A stretch of DNA of 50,736 bases, counting the filler, from Bipalium vagum (lineage: Eukaryota): NCBI GenBank assembly GCA_037834085.1. It is 3 parts of 3 records of this genome, joined end to end, with 100 filler letters (N's around TTAATTAATTAA, not from the genome) between each part and the next. Parts side by side here need not be neighbours in the genome. Positions count along the whole stretch, not along the records: positions 34,267 to 50,736 come from JBBMKC010109930.1; 2 more parts are not named here. One strand, written 5' to 3'. The translations under genes were made by a program, and so were the position numbers. Numbering within the stretch: position 1 is the stretch's first letter; the number at the start of each line of letters is the position of its first letter. Positions 35,530-47,222 of the stretch are shown here, in pieces. The notes beneath the pieces were generated by a model, which worked only from the letters and a program-made list of their open reading frames with translations, was not told the DNA's origin and made no database searches.

Positions 35530-38500
35530 GTGCTAATGTAATGATTTAAATATTTCTATCGTTAAAATTATTCATTTTTATTATTATTTTCAAAAATTGA
35601 TCTGATATAATCTCGTAACTTTTAAATGTTTCTTCAGAGAACATTATTTATTTATTTTTCTAAATAAAAATTGAAATATCTCTGCCATTATTTGTTTTTG
35701 ATCAAAAATTGATTCATGCTGTTTGAAAGTATGTTGTTAAGATTCAGAAATGGAGATGAAATAAGATGATAACAAAAGTTGTAAAGTGATCGCGATATGA
35801 AAACACTTGTCAGTTCACAAAAAACTAATTTTTTGAAAAAATCATTTCAGTTTAAAGATAAAATAAAAAGCTAGACGATGAATGGGTCAATGAAATGGAA
35901 GGTCGATTATTTTTCACAGTTTTCCATGTTTATTGAAAGTTAAGATGTGTGAATCGTTTCAACTTGTGATGAGAGAGCATGGAAATCTAATGTTTATCCC
36001 TAGTTTTAGGAATTGAAATGTAAGCACGTAGTCATTTTGTGACCATTCACATTTGTTGGTGCTGAAACAAGTTAAGTTATTTTCAGAAATATTCTAAAAG
36101 ATAATCAAATAACATTTAATGAAGATCAGGAATCAAGGAATCTTATTTCTCGGACATCTCCCTTACATCTTATGTGTTAGAAAGCTCTGCTCATTGTGTT
36201 ACCATAAATTTACTATTTAATATATACTATCATTTACTAATGAAGAAGATTGCGTCAATTGGTGCAAACCATTATTCTAAAATTTCACCTGAGGAATGTC
36301 AAGACATGATTATAAATGAATTATGAATATATATTCATGTCAATCGGAAAAAGGAGCAGTGAGTAAATATAACGACAAGTAAACTTTATCAACCAAAGTT
36401 GTTAGATATCGGAAAACTTTAAACAATTTTGACTGATTTGTAACAACAAAAGTTCTATAAGATGGTCGTATAATTATATATCACAGTTTGGTTTTCTTTA
36501 GTCCTCAATTATTGGTAAAAAAAATAACTCAATGTGTAAATCATTCGTCAACACGATGTCATTATTCTGGCCGATCTAAAAATCGAATTAATGACGCATT
36601 AAAACCATTGTTATATTTTCATCAAAAACAAATTGTCTCAAAGAAGTTGTAGAGGTATTCTAATCACACCTTTCGGTTATTCTGGTTTTGAATTGGAGTA
36701 AATGCTTTAAGGAATGACTAGAGCTAATAAAAATTGTTGAACAGAAACTGTCATTTATTCGCAATTTTAATTTTGTATTCCCAAAATTCTTCGACTGTTC
36801 TCGTAATTCACTAAATCCTACATATTTTTATTTGATTTATGCTGATTATTATGAATTGAGGAATTTAATATATTTTTTTGAAAATCGCAGTTGGGCCAAT
36901 TATAATGGATTGAAAACTTAGAATATTTGAATAGTTATTGAGATCAATTGTGGAACCTTTACATTTTTTAATCAATGAAAAATATAGTTACACCTCTCAC
37001 AGCATCATTGCTTTTGGCATATATTTTTGATTTAAATGCCGCATTTTCTAACGACCAGGAAATCTTATCCACTACATATATCTATCAATCCGGCACAACG
37101 CAAACCTTTTCTTCGAGTGGATGAAGTCTTCGATCCGACGAACAGCAGCAACATTATATGAGCACACGGTATGGTGTCAATACCAATGAGATTTCATATT
37201 CCTCACATCAGAAGCAGAAGCCTCCAACAGCTCTGGCCTCAATAATGTGGTCCGGCTGTCCAAGCTACCAATCGTCGTAGAATTGCTTATGCTATCAAGT
37301 GATATGCTAGCAGTCCTGGCAGGTTTCAAAGGAGTGCTAAAGTCCCTTATTTTCAGAAAATAAAACAATTTTTAAATGTGACCGTTAAATCAATTTTTGT
37401 CTTGAAAAGTTTTTGTATCACCTCTGCTGCTAATTGAAACTAATCAAACAATCTTTAATCTATTAATTAGAAATTTTGAATTTCTAAAAAAATCGAAAAA
37501 TTGAATTGATTAATAGATTACAAATACATCAATAACTATATCATTAAAAGCAGTAAAACGAATGGTTTAATTTGATATATCCACCTATAACAATTATTAT
37601 ATGATAGAAAAAATAAGACACTTTAAATTTTGTGATTTCTTTATCGGTTTTATTTATTTTGAAATTTTAATGTTTAATTATATTTTATAATTTGGTAAAG
37701 TGTCTCAAAAACGTCTACAAACATAAAATTGGCCAAATTTGAGAAATATATAAATCAAATAATGAAAGATTATTTATAATATATATATAAATTTTAAGTG
37801 TAAAATAATATATAACAAAATTTGATCAGGTCAGCAACACAAAATATTTTTTTAATAATGAATTGTTATTTTAAAATGTTTTTTCACTTAATTTTAATTT
37901 TTGAAATTTTTTTTAATAAATAATCTTTTTGAAAAATAATAATATTTGATGAAAATAATCTTTTGTAAAAAAACTAAATTAACACTTCACCATAAAACCA
38001 TTAAGAACATTTCAAGTGGATTTTATCATTTCAGCTTGACAAAAAAATTTAATGTAACATTTTAATTAAAATTTTATGCAAAATAAATTGAAAAAAAATT
38101 TCCAAGTGTTTAACAGAATTTATCCTATTGACGATTTTTTTCGAAATTTTTATACATTTCGATACGAAAATATTTTTGTCTTGTTAATGAAGAAGAATAT
38201 AAAAGTGCATTATTAAATAGATAAAAGGAATAAAATTCGCAGAGGTTTATTTTATGCATTTCTGAAGATTAGCATTAATGTCTCTCTGTTAAGATGACTG
38301 CCTTGAAGACTACGGTGGTGATGGTGAAGGGAATATGTAAATTTAACCGGCTTAAGGAATGAAATGAGAATTTAATTTGTCAAGCATTATTTCAGAGATT
38401 AAATGTGCAGTCTATTTTTAAATTGGAGTTAAGCTTTTTGTTTTGGGATCTCTTAGTACAAATGCTAATTATAAATCTCCTTCCTAACAGGATACGTGGT

Positions 38501-39084
38501 TTTAATTATCCTTTTTGTACACAAATTGGTTATCATTAATTGACCCGTGCAACTTCAAACGTAAAGGACCTTTACAAAATTCACCAACCAACTTTTTGGT
38601 GCATTTTTTTAAGATTAGAAAAGCTTAGTGACCCAAAGAGGTCTTCAATTATTTGATGATTTCTGTTACCCTAAATATATTTTCAGAAGATAGACTTTTT
38701 TTCTTTTTTTATTAGATTTTTATTATTTTAGTGTGCCTCTTCACAAATTGATATTAAACTCTGCCATTATAATAATATTCTTACACGGTTTCGTTCCCCA
38801 TCTTTTAAGATTACTTTTCAACATTTTTCATAGCCTGTTGAAATTAATGTTCATTTTATAACGAGTCTCTCATCAAATAATCCATCGTCTTGCGGTACTT
38901 TACATTCAAATTTTTATTTACGTTACCGATGAAAAATAGTTGACATTAAATCTTAAAGTAACACAGGATTGATTTTTTGTTTCTTGTACATATGAGAAAG
39001 TTACAAAACCGTTATAGTTTTATTATGATTTTTCTTTAGCTGTTTCGTAATATCATGGGTTTAAATCAAGAAAAATGATTTCAG

Positions 39085-42000
39085 GTATTAGAAATGTTCA
39101 CAGCGTCACTACCAGTGAAAGAGATCATTCATCAGTTGATCTGGATTGGGATCATGAGCCAGGTAAATGTAGTTTTATTATTTAAAATAACCGAAGTACT
39201 TTTTAACCCAGTTTCAGAATTTTAAATGTTAAATAAATCAAATTTCAAAGGGAATAATAATAGAGAAATTGGGCATTTCTTTTGACAATTTAATTGCTCA
39301 TTTATTATATCTTTGTTTTTGTTTTTTTTTAAAGAAAATTATTTTTGTCAGATTATTGAATCCATTGATTTTACAAAAGTTATCCAATACTTGATTTATA
39401 CTGTAAAAGTTTCCAATATATTTATCTGCATGAAAAATGAAATAAGTATAATATAAAAAATATTTTTTTATTAATTTGAATTTTTATATTTTAATTTAAT
39501 TTAAAAATAATTTTTTTTTCGTGCAATTTTTATAAAATTATCATTTTAAAGTATTTTACAAACCTGATATGCAATTTTATGTCATTCTTCATTTTATGTT
39601 GAATATTTTTTATGATAAAGCAATAATTTTTTAACATTTATAATTTGTAAAAATTTATGTATTGATTGAAGACCAATAAATGATTTTGATCAATAAAAAA
39701 AAATTTTTAATAAAGTAAAATTTTTTACTTAAGACTGGTCGTAGAAAAAAGAGATTTAATAAGAAAAATATCTAGAAATTGTATTAAGTACTTCACAAGA
39801 TTTTATCTAAATTTTGTATTTTTTATGATTATTTTGATGAAAAATAACTTGTAATTAATTTTAACTTTAAAGGTTATATATTGATGTTATAGCCACTGTT
39901 AATGAAAGAAAAAAAAAGATTTTTCTGTTGAAATGAGAGTAAAATAATTTTCATCTCGGTTGGAGCCACGGTTAGAAAAATGATAATTAGGCTTCTCGAT
40001 ATATTGCACTCTGGTTATACTACAATAGATATTATATATTTTTTACTCTCATTTTGAAAAAGTGTACCTTCTATTAAAATAACAAAATCAATTTTGAATT
40101 TATTAACCAATATGTTGAAAAAAATTAAAATACAAATTTTATTCATAAAAGATCTTTAATCATCGATAATGGCTTCCTTATTAATGCACCTTATTATGAA
40201 ACTTATCATATGACGATAATATCATGCACAATCACTTGAAGATATTAATGTGCCAACATTAATTATAAGCTTTATTAAAGTTTTTTCATCTGATTTAAAC
40301 GATTGTCTGACGCTATTTTTAAGCTTTTCAAACATATTTTCGCAAGTGTTAAGAAACGATGAATATGGTGGAAGTAAAAGTAGCAACTGAATTCTACTTT
40401 CAATAATTTCTTTTATTTGTTGAGCCTTATGAAATGGAACATTATCCATTATGATGACAGAACGACCACGAATATCAATATCTTCAATCAATGAAATGAT
40501 ATAAAGAACAGATATTATTAAAAGGTGTTGAGTGAATTTGAAACTTAATACTGTACTAATAATTCAGTATAACTTTTTAAGAACTGAAAATGTTCATTTG
40601 TCAATTCTTTCTTTCGTACCCCACCTTTTAACATACAATTTACGCTACCTCCCTTAAATATACCTGTAAATATGTAATTTTTTAAAATATACTTTTATTA
40701 AAGCACAAACTGTTAACTTGATATTTAAAACACTAGCTATTTCTTTTTGGTATGGCCGTTGAGATACGAATCGATTATTCATTTTCTATCTTCATTTGAA
40801 AGCATGAGAGAATTTTTACAATTATTCAAAAATTTTCCAAACGTATTTAATTATGCGTTTGAACGAATTTAAAATTGATTTTCCTACTTTCAAAGTGTAG
40901 CTTCCCAACTGTACATAACAGGTGTGACCTTTTCATAATTAAATTTGACTTTGTTTATATACATTAAAAAGTTTAAATAATCATTTTATTATTTGAAAAT
41001 ACATATTTCAATCCCAAAGTTTCTTGGCAATAAAAAACTTGACAAACTTTTGGTATTCATGTGGCATGATTTATTAAAATTTCCTTTGAGGATTTTCTCG
41101 ACAGCAGCACATCAATTAACTTAGTTCAATTTGTGGTGATAAAACCCGGCCCAAAGCCACTATGTTCAAGGATTTTGATGGTGGTCGTAGTTTTTGCCGG
41201 CTTTTGTGAATTTGTCCAAAGAAATTCTTTAAAAATGTAATTATGGTGCATCAAAAGCGGTTTACAACATCATTACAGGTAACGAATCTTGGATATTTGT
41301 GTATAAGCCAAAAGACAGCAGTCATGTGTGCAGGTCTTCTAAGATGATCCAAAGCCGACAAAAGTAGTTTGTGCTAGAATCATTTAAAATTAAGTGGTAA
41401 CCTGTTTATTGGAAAATTTAGACATGACTTTAGGGGATCATAGAATGGTTAATTCTGAATTTTACAAAAATACATATATGTTAGAAATTTTGGAGAAATA
41501 AGAAAAATTGAAGATTTTGAATTATTTCCCATCGAGACAATACCAAATAAAAAGCTGTACAGCAAACAGCCAGATTTTTGAGTGTCAAAAAATCGAATTA
41601 ATCAGTTATTTCCTAACGATTTCTTTAGTCCAATATGTGGAAAAACTGAGTGGACAAAGAGGATGCTATCGATTAGTTGAAAACTCATGATTCCGAAAAA
41701 AGAAAAGCGTTTTGAAAATTGGTTCCCAGGTTTGCAAAGATGGATTCATCATGGGGAGAATCATGGAAACATCAGACCACGTCACAATATCTTTCAAATT
41801 TTATAAATAATGTTTACACCAATTTCGACAGATCTTCAACTGTTGGTTGCATCAAAAATAGTTGTTCGACCAGATGAAAATTCTTGGATCCAGTTATAAA
41901 TGTTTCCTTTAGACCTGTTGAAGCTGATTAATAATTTCTTTATTACCAGATTCATTGAGAAGTAAAAACGGACTATACTGCTTAATTCCACATTTTCGAA

Positions 42001-44865
42001 TATTTTTTTGAATCAATATAGTGTAAACAAAAATTAGAATATTTAAACTAATCGTAAAATCTTATTTAAGTAGCTTCAATATTTCTGGCAGAGTCTAAGT
42101 ACTTTTTAGCCTGATAAGATATCTTAAGTTTTTGACTCAAAATTTAATATGAATTAAACAGCTTTTTTACATAATTCCATTAAGTGTAATTAAAATCATT
42201 ACCAGATTTTTATTTAATAGTTTTTGTTTTAGTATTTTTTGTTTATCATATTTGGATATTGCAATTCAATAGTGATAATTGAAAAATAATAATTTTTAAC
42301 ATATTACCTCAATTCCCAAAAACTTTTATAGATAATTAGAGGAAATTAAAAAATTGTTCTTTAAGCTTTGTCCTAAGACAATTGAGTTGAATTAAAACAG
42401 TAATCATTGTTAAAAATTGTTTGTACAGAGGAACTGTTAGAAATTATAACATTAGGCTCTCCAAATAACGAAAGAAAGATCAAACTTAAACTTTATAAAC
42501 TTTTCAATAGTTTTACCAATTCTTTTGAGATAAATGACAAGTTCCAATTTTTTTATCACAATTTTGAAAAATAGAAAAAATCTTTTATTTGATATTCTTT
42601 GAAACATGATAAAGCGTCAAATCAAAAAACTGTAGACTTGTTTGATTTAGAATGTCATTCCTGTCGTTACTAAATCTGAAAGTTTTCCTCTCAGGTAGAG
42701 TAATTATAAAAAAGCACTGAAAACAGGACTCCTGGTTTAATTAAAAATTGTCATATGATATTTAATTATTTTTTGTAAGTCAGCTCACTTAATGAATAAG
42801 CAGTACTGCTTCAGTTAAGCAGCGAAAAATAAATAAGACTAAGATATTTGAATAAAACCTGATAGACATTTAGTCCAAAATGACAGTAACACTGTTTACA
42901 ATATATTCTGTTTCGAATGAGCAGATGTTGTACAAGCCACCGCATAGGCTCCATGAGATGATTGCTGAGATTAATAAACATCAGTCTTCTTACAAAATAT
43001 CTTCTTGGGTTAAGATGACATTGAAATCAATGATCGACGTTTGAACACTTGGTCTATCGTTCGACATGACTGATTTACTTGAAATTAAAATAAATTCAAA
43101 TATTATGCGTAGTACAACGAAATGTGTCAGAAAATGTTATAAAAAAGGATATTTACAAATATTTTACACTGCTTAACTGAAGGATTACAGAATAAACGTT
43201 TAAGTAACGATTATACGAGGGCTAATGAAAAAGTAACCTTAAAACACATTTATTTTATTTTAAAAATTAATTCACATTTGAGCGTTAATGTCACTTTTCA
43301 ACATACTCCTCACTACGTTCAATGCACATACTTAATTAGAGCCTGAAATCTTTTGGCTGATTAGGAATCGACTGATGTACTACTTTTTGAGCTTTAATTC
43401 TGAATCGAACTTTCTTCCTCCTAGTGCTGCTTGAGTGACCCAAATCAATGAATAAGCAGTATGTGGCAAACATTAAATTTTCAGTCCTTTAATTTTATTC
43501 ACTGTAACATGGGCAGTATGTGGTTGTACATTATCTTACCGTAATAGGACACCACGACTAAGCCGTCCACGTCACCTTGTATGGGTAGAAGGTTTTATAT
43601 GACTTTGAATTATATCTAGAATACGATGCACTTGTTACATACAGTAGATGGTAAACTGTCTTGGAACTCATCTGACAGACAGTTTTTGATATTTTAACAC
43701 ATCGTGGATAATGTAATGGATTGAGCCATGACTTAGCATCATTTTAGAGGCTACTTCATCAATTATTATCCGTCTGTTTTCACATAAGATGTGATGAATT
43801 TCGGAAATTTTCTCGGATTTTCAGCTGAATTGTGTCATCCGCTTTGGAACTTCCGATATCATTCATATACCTGTTGAAGTGATAAACAGGCATCCCCATA
43901 CTTTGATAATATTTTGCTATTAATATTAGCAGGAATTTCGCCTTCACAGCCTAAAAATCGAATTATTACATGTCATCATTTTAATGCGATTATTAAAACA
44001 AATGCGAATATTAATCATGGGTATGAATTTTTTATTTATTGTTAATGTGTTTACTTATCAAATAAAAGGAATATGAAATATTTACAATTTTTTTTATTTT
44101 TTACAGGTAATTTAAGGTTACTTTTTGACTTACCCTCGTATAATTAATATTACTTTTGTAATTGGTCCTGTGTTAAAACGATAATTAGAAATAAATTTAC
44201 TAAAAATCTATGTTTCTATCAAAGGAAATCTGTTACGTTGACAGATTACTTAAAACGTAATCAAAACATTCTGGTCGTCCTAAACCGGCTCTCCTTCATC
44301 AGTTAAGAATTATTTGACTTAACGATTAGTTCGGGAACCATTTAAGGTGAATAGGATAATTTCTCCAGTAAATTTAATTATTTTAAATTTTATTTAACTT
44401 TATCTTTATAATTTACACAACTGATGATTTATGAAATTTTATTTGTATTGTATTCCAGGTATGAACCCATCCTTAGCTTTGATTCATAAGCGAACGGACA
44501 CCGAAGAAGATCTTATTAAACGACTTAAGTCGGAAGAAGTGAAAGATATGGATACCTCGACTCTAAAAAGCAAAAAAGAATCATCAAAGAATCCAAAACC
44601 AAATTCAATCGATCAAAATCACAGGGAAATTGTCAAGAGACCGCTGTCAGTATCAAATGTCAATAATGAAGAATGCTCTCCCTCTAAAATTTCTCCTACT
44701 GATTGCACTGATGAATTTGTTTGGGACATGGAAGAAGATCTTTATACGGGAAACTTCAATCATTTATCAGAATATGAGGTTTCCTATCCATTATATCTTC
44801 CTAATGGTTGCTGCTCATCAGATCCAGTCTATAGTGATAAACGCCATCTACTTTCCGACAAATGA
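39085..44865 (+). CDS. AP1AR: AP-1 complex-associated regulatory protein (Gadkin/AP1AR)-like, last two exons
   Basis: Exon ~39085-39162 (..HSSVDLDWDHEP G|gtaaat) splices in phase 1 to 44459-44865 (cag|GMNPSLALIHKRTDTEEDLIKRL...DEFVWDMEE). This parallels the Gadkin C-terminus as recalled: SLDLEWEDEEGMNRMLPMRERSKTEEDILRAA...GLEWEND. Confidence 0.7.
40130..40520 (-). mobile_element. Tc1/IS630-like DDE transposase fragment
   Basis: VIIMDNVPFHK...LLPPYSSFLNTCENMF motif. Confidence 0.85.
41040..42115. mobile_element. Decayed mariner fragments
   Basis: IITGNESWIFVYKPK at about 41270-41312. A mariner-like terminus gtactttttagcctga-TA lies near 42099-42116. Confidence 0.55.
42804..43187. mobile_element. 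~380-bp non-autonomous element with terminal inverted repeats
   Basis: cttcagttaagcagcgaaaaata (42809-42831) is the imperfect reverse complement of tattttacactgcttaactgaag (43160-43182). TA lies just outside both ends. Confidence 0.7.
43214..44140 (-). mobile_element. Internally deleted mariner with both TIRs and TA target-site duplication
   Basis: TA-cgagggctaatgaaaaagtaaccttaaa ... tttaaggttactttttgacttaccctcg-TA. The interior has minus-strand transposase remnants (IIRFLGCEGEIPA, DNVQPHTAHVT). Confidence 0.85.
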
Positions 44866-45788
44866 AACTTTTGCCGATATCAATTTCTTTAATTGATGGA
44901 ATTGTTTGATTTGTTATTCGTTCAAATGAGTTTCTGTACACTATTATTTTAAGAGATTATTGGGAGTTCCATCTATTTCCATTTCTCAGCAATATACTTT
45001 TATTTTTGAGACGCACTGTACATCTATTTTTCTGTATTTATTTTATTTCATTGTAAAAATATTTTTATCAATCCATTTCCATATTTTGAAGTCCGCTTGT
45101 TACTCTGATGTTATTTTAATCATTTACCAGTCAGTAAATAAAGCATTTTCAATAATAATTAGTTTAGAGTAATTTTCAACCAATGAAAATCGTGGAAAAT
45201 AAATTACGTTTCTGTCATGTAATTATTGAGTGTATTATTATTTTTTTTAGAAAAAATCATTTTAAATTATTTTTGGGAATTTTTATGTTCATCGATTAAA
45301 ACAAACCGAAATTATCAGCCCAATTAGAAATATAATACTCCAGAATTAGTTAATTATAATTTTATTTATATTGTTATAAATGCTAACTAAATGAGGAACA
45401 GAACAATGAATCCTTATCAGATAATTTTTATCTTTCATTCCATGTGTATATACATTATTGATTGTATAGATAGCACAACAAAACGAACAGATTATCAAGA
45501 TTTTGCAAATTACAATTAATTAAAGAGGAAATTTTCAGTTGAATCACGGATAGTTATTTCCATTTCCATTCCCATGTAATCTTAATTTGGAGTTGAAAGT
45601 TTCTCTGATTTCGGTTGCAAGAAAAAATATTTCTGTCGTTCTGATGACGCGTTTCGCGCAAAAATAGGGAAGAAAAGGGGAAAAGTGTGTTTGAAAAGTG
45701 AGCCATGCTAGCTGAATTCTGTTAATAAATAGCATTACATTTTCTGCCGAGCCTTTAAAATAGTGTTGATTTTTACATTTTTCAAAAA

Positions 45789-47222
45789 ATGAAACAACAT
45801 GAATTTGGGTATGGACAGTTCTTCGTCAATGTGTTTCTCATCATCATTGTCTTCGACTCGTTTGTTTGTGGTGAATCGAGATTTTTGTCGACTCAACAGC
45901 GAATAAGACAGAAGCTTCTGAATCCGAAAGTCTACAAAAAACAAGAACGTCCCGATGAAGTCAAAACAACAATGGTTAAGGTTTACATGAAAATTTTGGC
46001 GATAGATTCTGTCGACGTTCGACAAATGCAATACAGTACGGATGTCTATCTGCGTCAATCGTGGTTTGATAATAGACTCCGATGGGAAAATATTGAACAG
46101 TTTAAACATTATAATGTCAATATTGTTTCTCCGTCTTTGAAAGACAAAATTTGGCTTCCAGACTTGTTTTTCAGAAATGGTAAGAAAGGTTATATCCATA
46201 ATATGACTACACCGAATTATCTCATGAGAATTCAGCCGAACGGTGAGGTTTTGTATAGTCAAAAACTTACGATGATATTTTCTTGTCAAATGGAACTGCA
46301 GGCGTTCCCAATGGACACTCAAAATTGTGAAATCAATATTGGTAGTTATGGATATACTTTGGAAGAGCTGAAGTTTTATTGGAGAACTTATGAAACAATC
46401 ACAGTTCAAAAAGATCTGAAAATTCCAGAATTTGATACACCTAACGAAATCAAGACAATAGATTGCACAAAAAATTCTGCTACACAAACGGGCAATTATA
46501 CATGCTTGAAGGCCATTTTTCAATTAAACAGGCAATTAGGCTCGTATCTGGCAACAACTTACATCCCGAGCATGCTGATCATAATGGTTTCATGGATGAG
46601 CTTTTGGGTCAGTATTGATGCTGTTCCAGCCAGAATCACACTAGGTCTCCTATCTCTTTTAGGAATCGTGAACATGGCTATTTCTATGTCTACCAGTTTG
46701 CCCAGGGTCAGCTATATTAAGGCGATCGACGTCTGGTTGATTGCTTGCATAATATTTGTGATCGCTGCTTTGGTTGAATTCGGTATCGCAACCTCAGCAA
46801 TAAAAAAGAACAAATTTAAGACTTGGGAAAGCGATGTGTGCAACGTGATCAGAGAGGAAATAACGTTAATGCATACTAATTTTACATTGATAAAATCAGC
46901 AGGTTCAAGTGAAAAAAAAACCAGCAACAAAGTGGGGATTCTGGTCAATGTCCCTCCGAAAAATGTGCCAATTTTACCACCAGGAATCGATATGTTATTT
47001 AGTAAAAACCCCAGTCAAAACGAAGCCTTACTCAAAGAATTAAATGATCGAAATAAAATGTCAAAATTTTCCCTGAAAAAGACAGGTTATGCTAGATCGA
47101 AATCTTCTATCGATTCATCGATCGACAAGTACAGCAGATTTCTATTTCCCACGTGTTTCGCTCTTTACAACTGCTTCTATTGGCTCTATTATATTCGCTT
47201 AGTAAGATATAGGGATGAATAG
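45789..47222 (+). CDS. Intronless Cys-loop ligand-gated chloride channel subunit, GluCl/GlyR-like (probably lophotrochozoan GluCl), 477 aa
   Basis: Signal peptide; WLPDLFF; Cys-loop CQMELQAFPMDTQNC; second disulfide CTKNSATQTGNYTC; M1 YIPSMLIIMVSWMSFW; anion-selective PAR motif; VSYIKAIDVW; M4 IDKYSRFLFP. Confidence 0.95.
   Translation: MKQHEFGYGQFFVNVFLIIIVFDSFVCGESRFLSTQQRIRQKLLNPKVYKKQERPDEVKTTMVKVYMKILAIDSVDVRQMQYSTDVYLRQSWFDNRLRWENIEQFKHYNVNIVSPSLKDKIWLPDLFFRNGKKGYIHNMTTPNYLMRIQPNGEVLYSQKLTMIFSCQMELQAFPMDTQNCEINIGSYGYTLEELKFYWRTYETITVQKDLKIPEFDTPNEIKTIDCTKNSATQTGNYTCLKAIFQLNRQLGSYLATTYIPSMLIIMVSWMSFWVSIDAVPARITLGLLSLLGIVNMAISMSTSLPRVSYIKAIDVWLIACIIFVIAALVEFGIATSAIKKNKFKTWESDVCNVIREEITLMHTNFTLIKSAGSSEKKTSNKVGILVNVPPKNVPILPPGIDMLFSKNPSQNEALLKELNDRNKMSKFSLKKTGYARSKSSIDSSIDKYSRFLFPTCFALYNCFYWLYYIRLVRYRDE

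Noticed and set aside
45735-46523. 262-aa minus-strand ORF
   Set aside because: It is antisense to the channel CDS with no recognisable motifs. The same applies to 46712-46948, 28232-28546 and 35132-35503.
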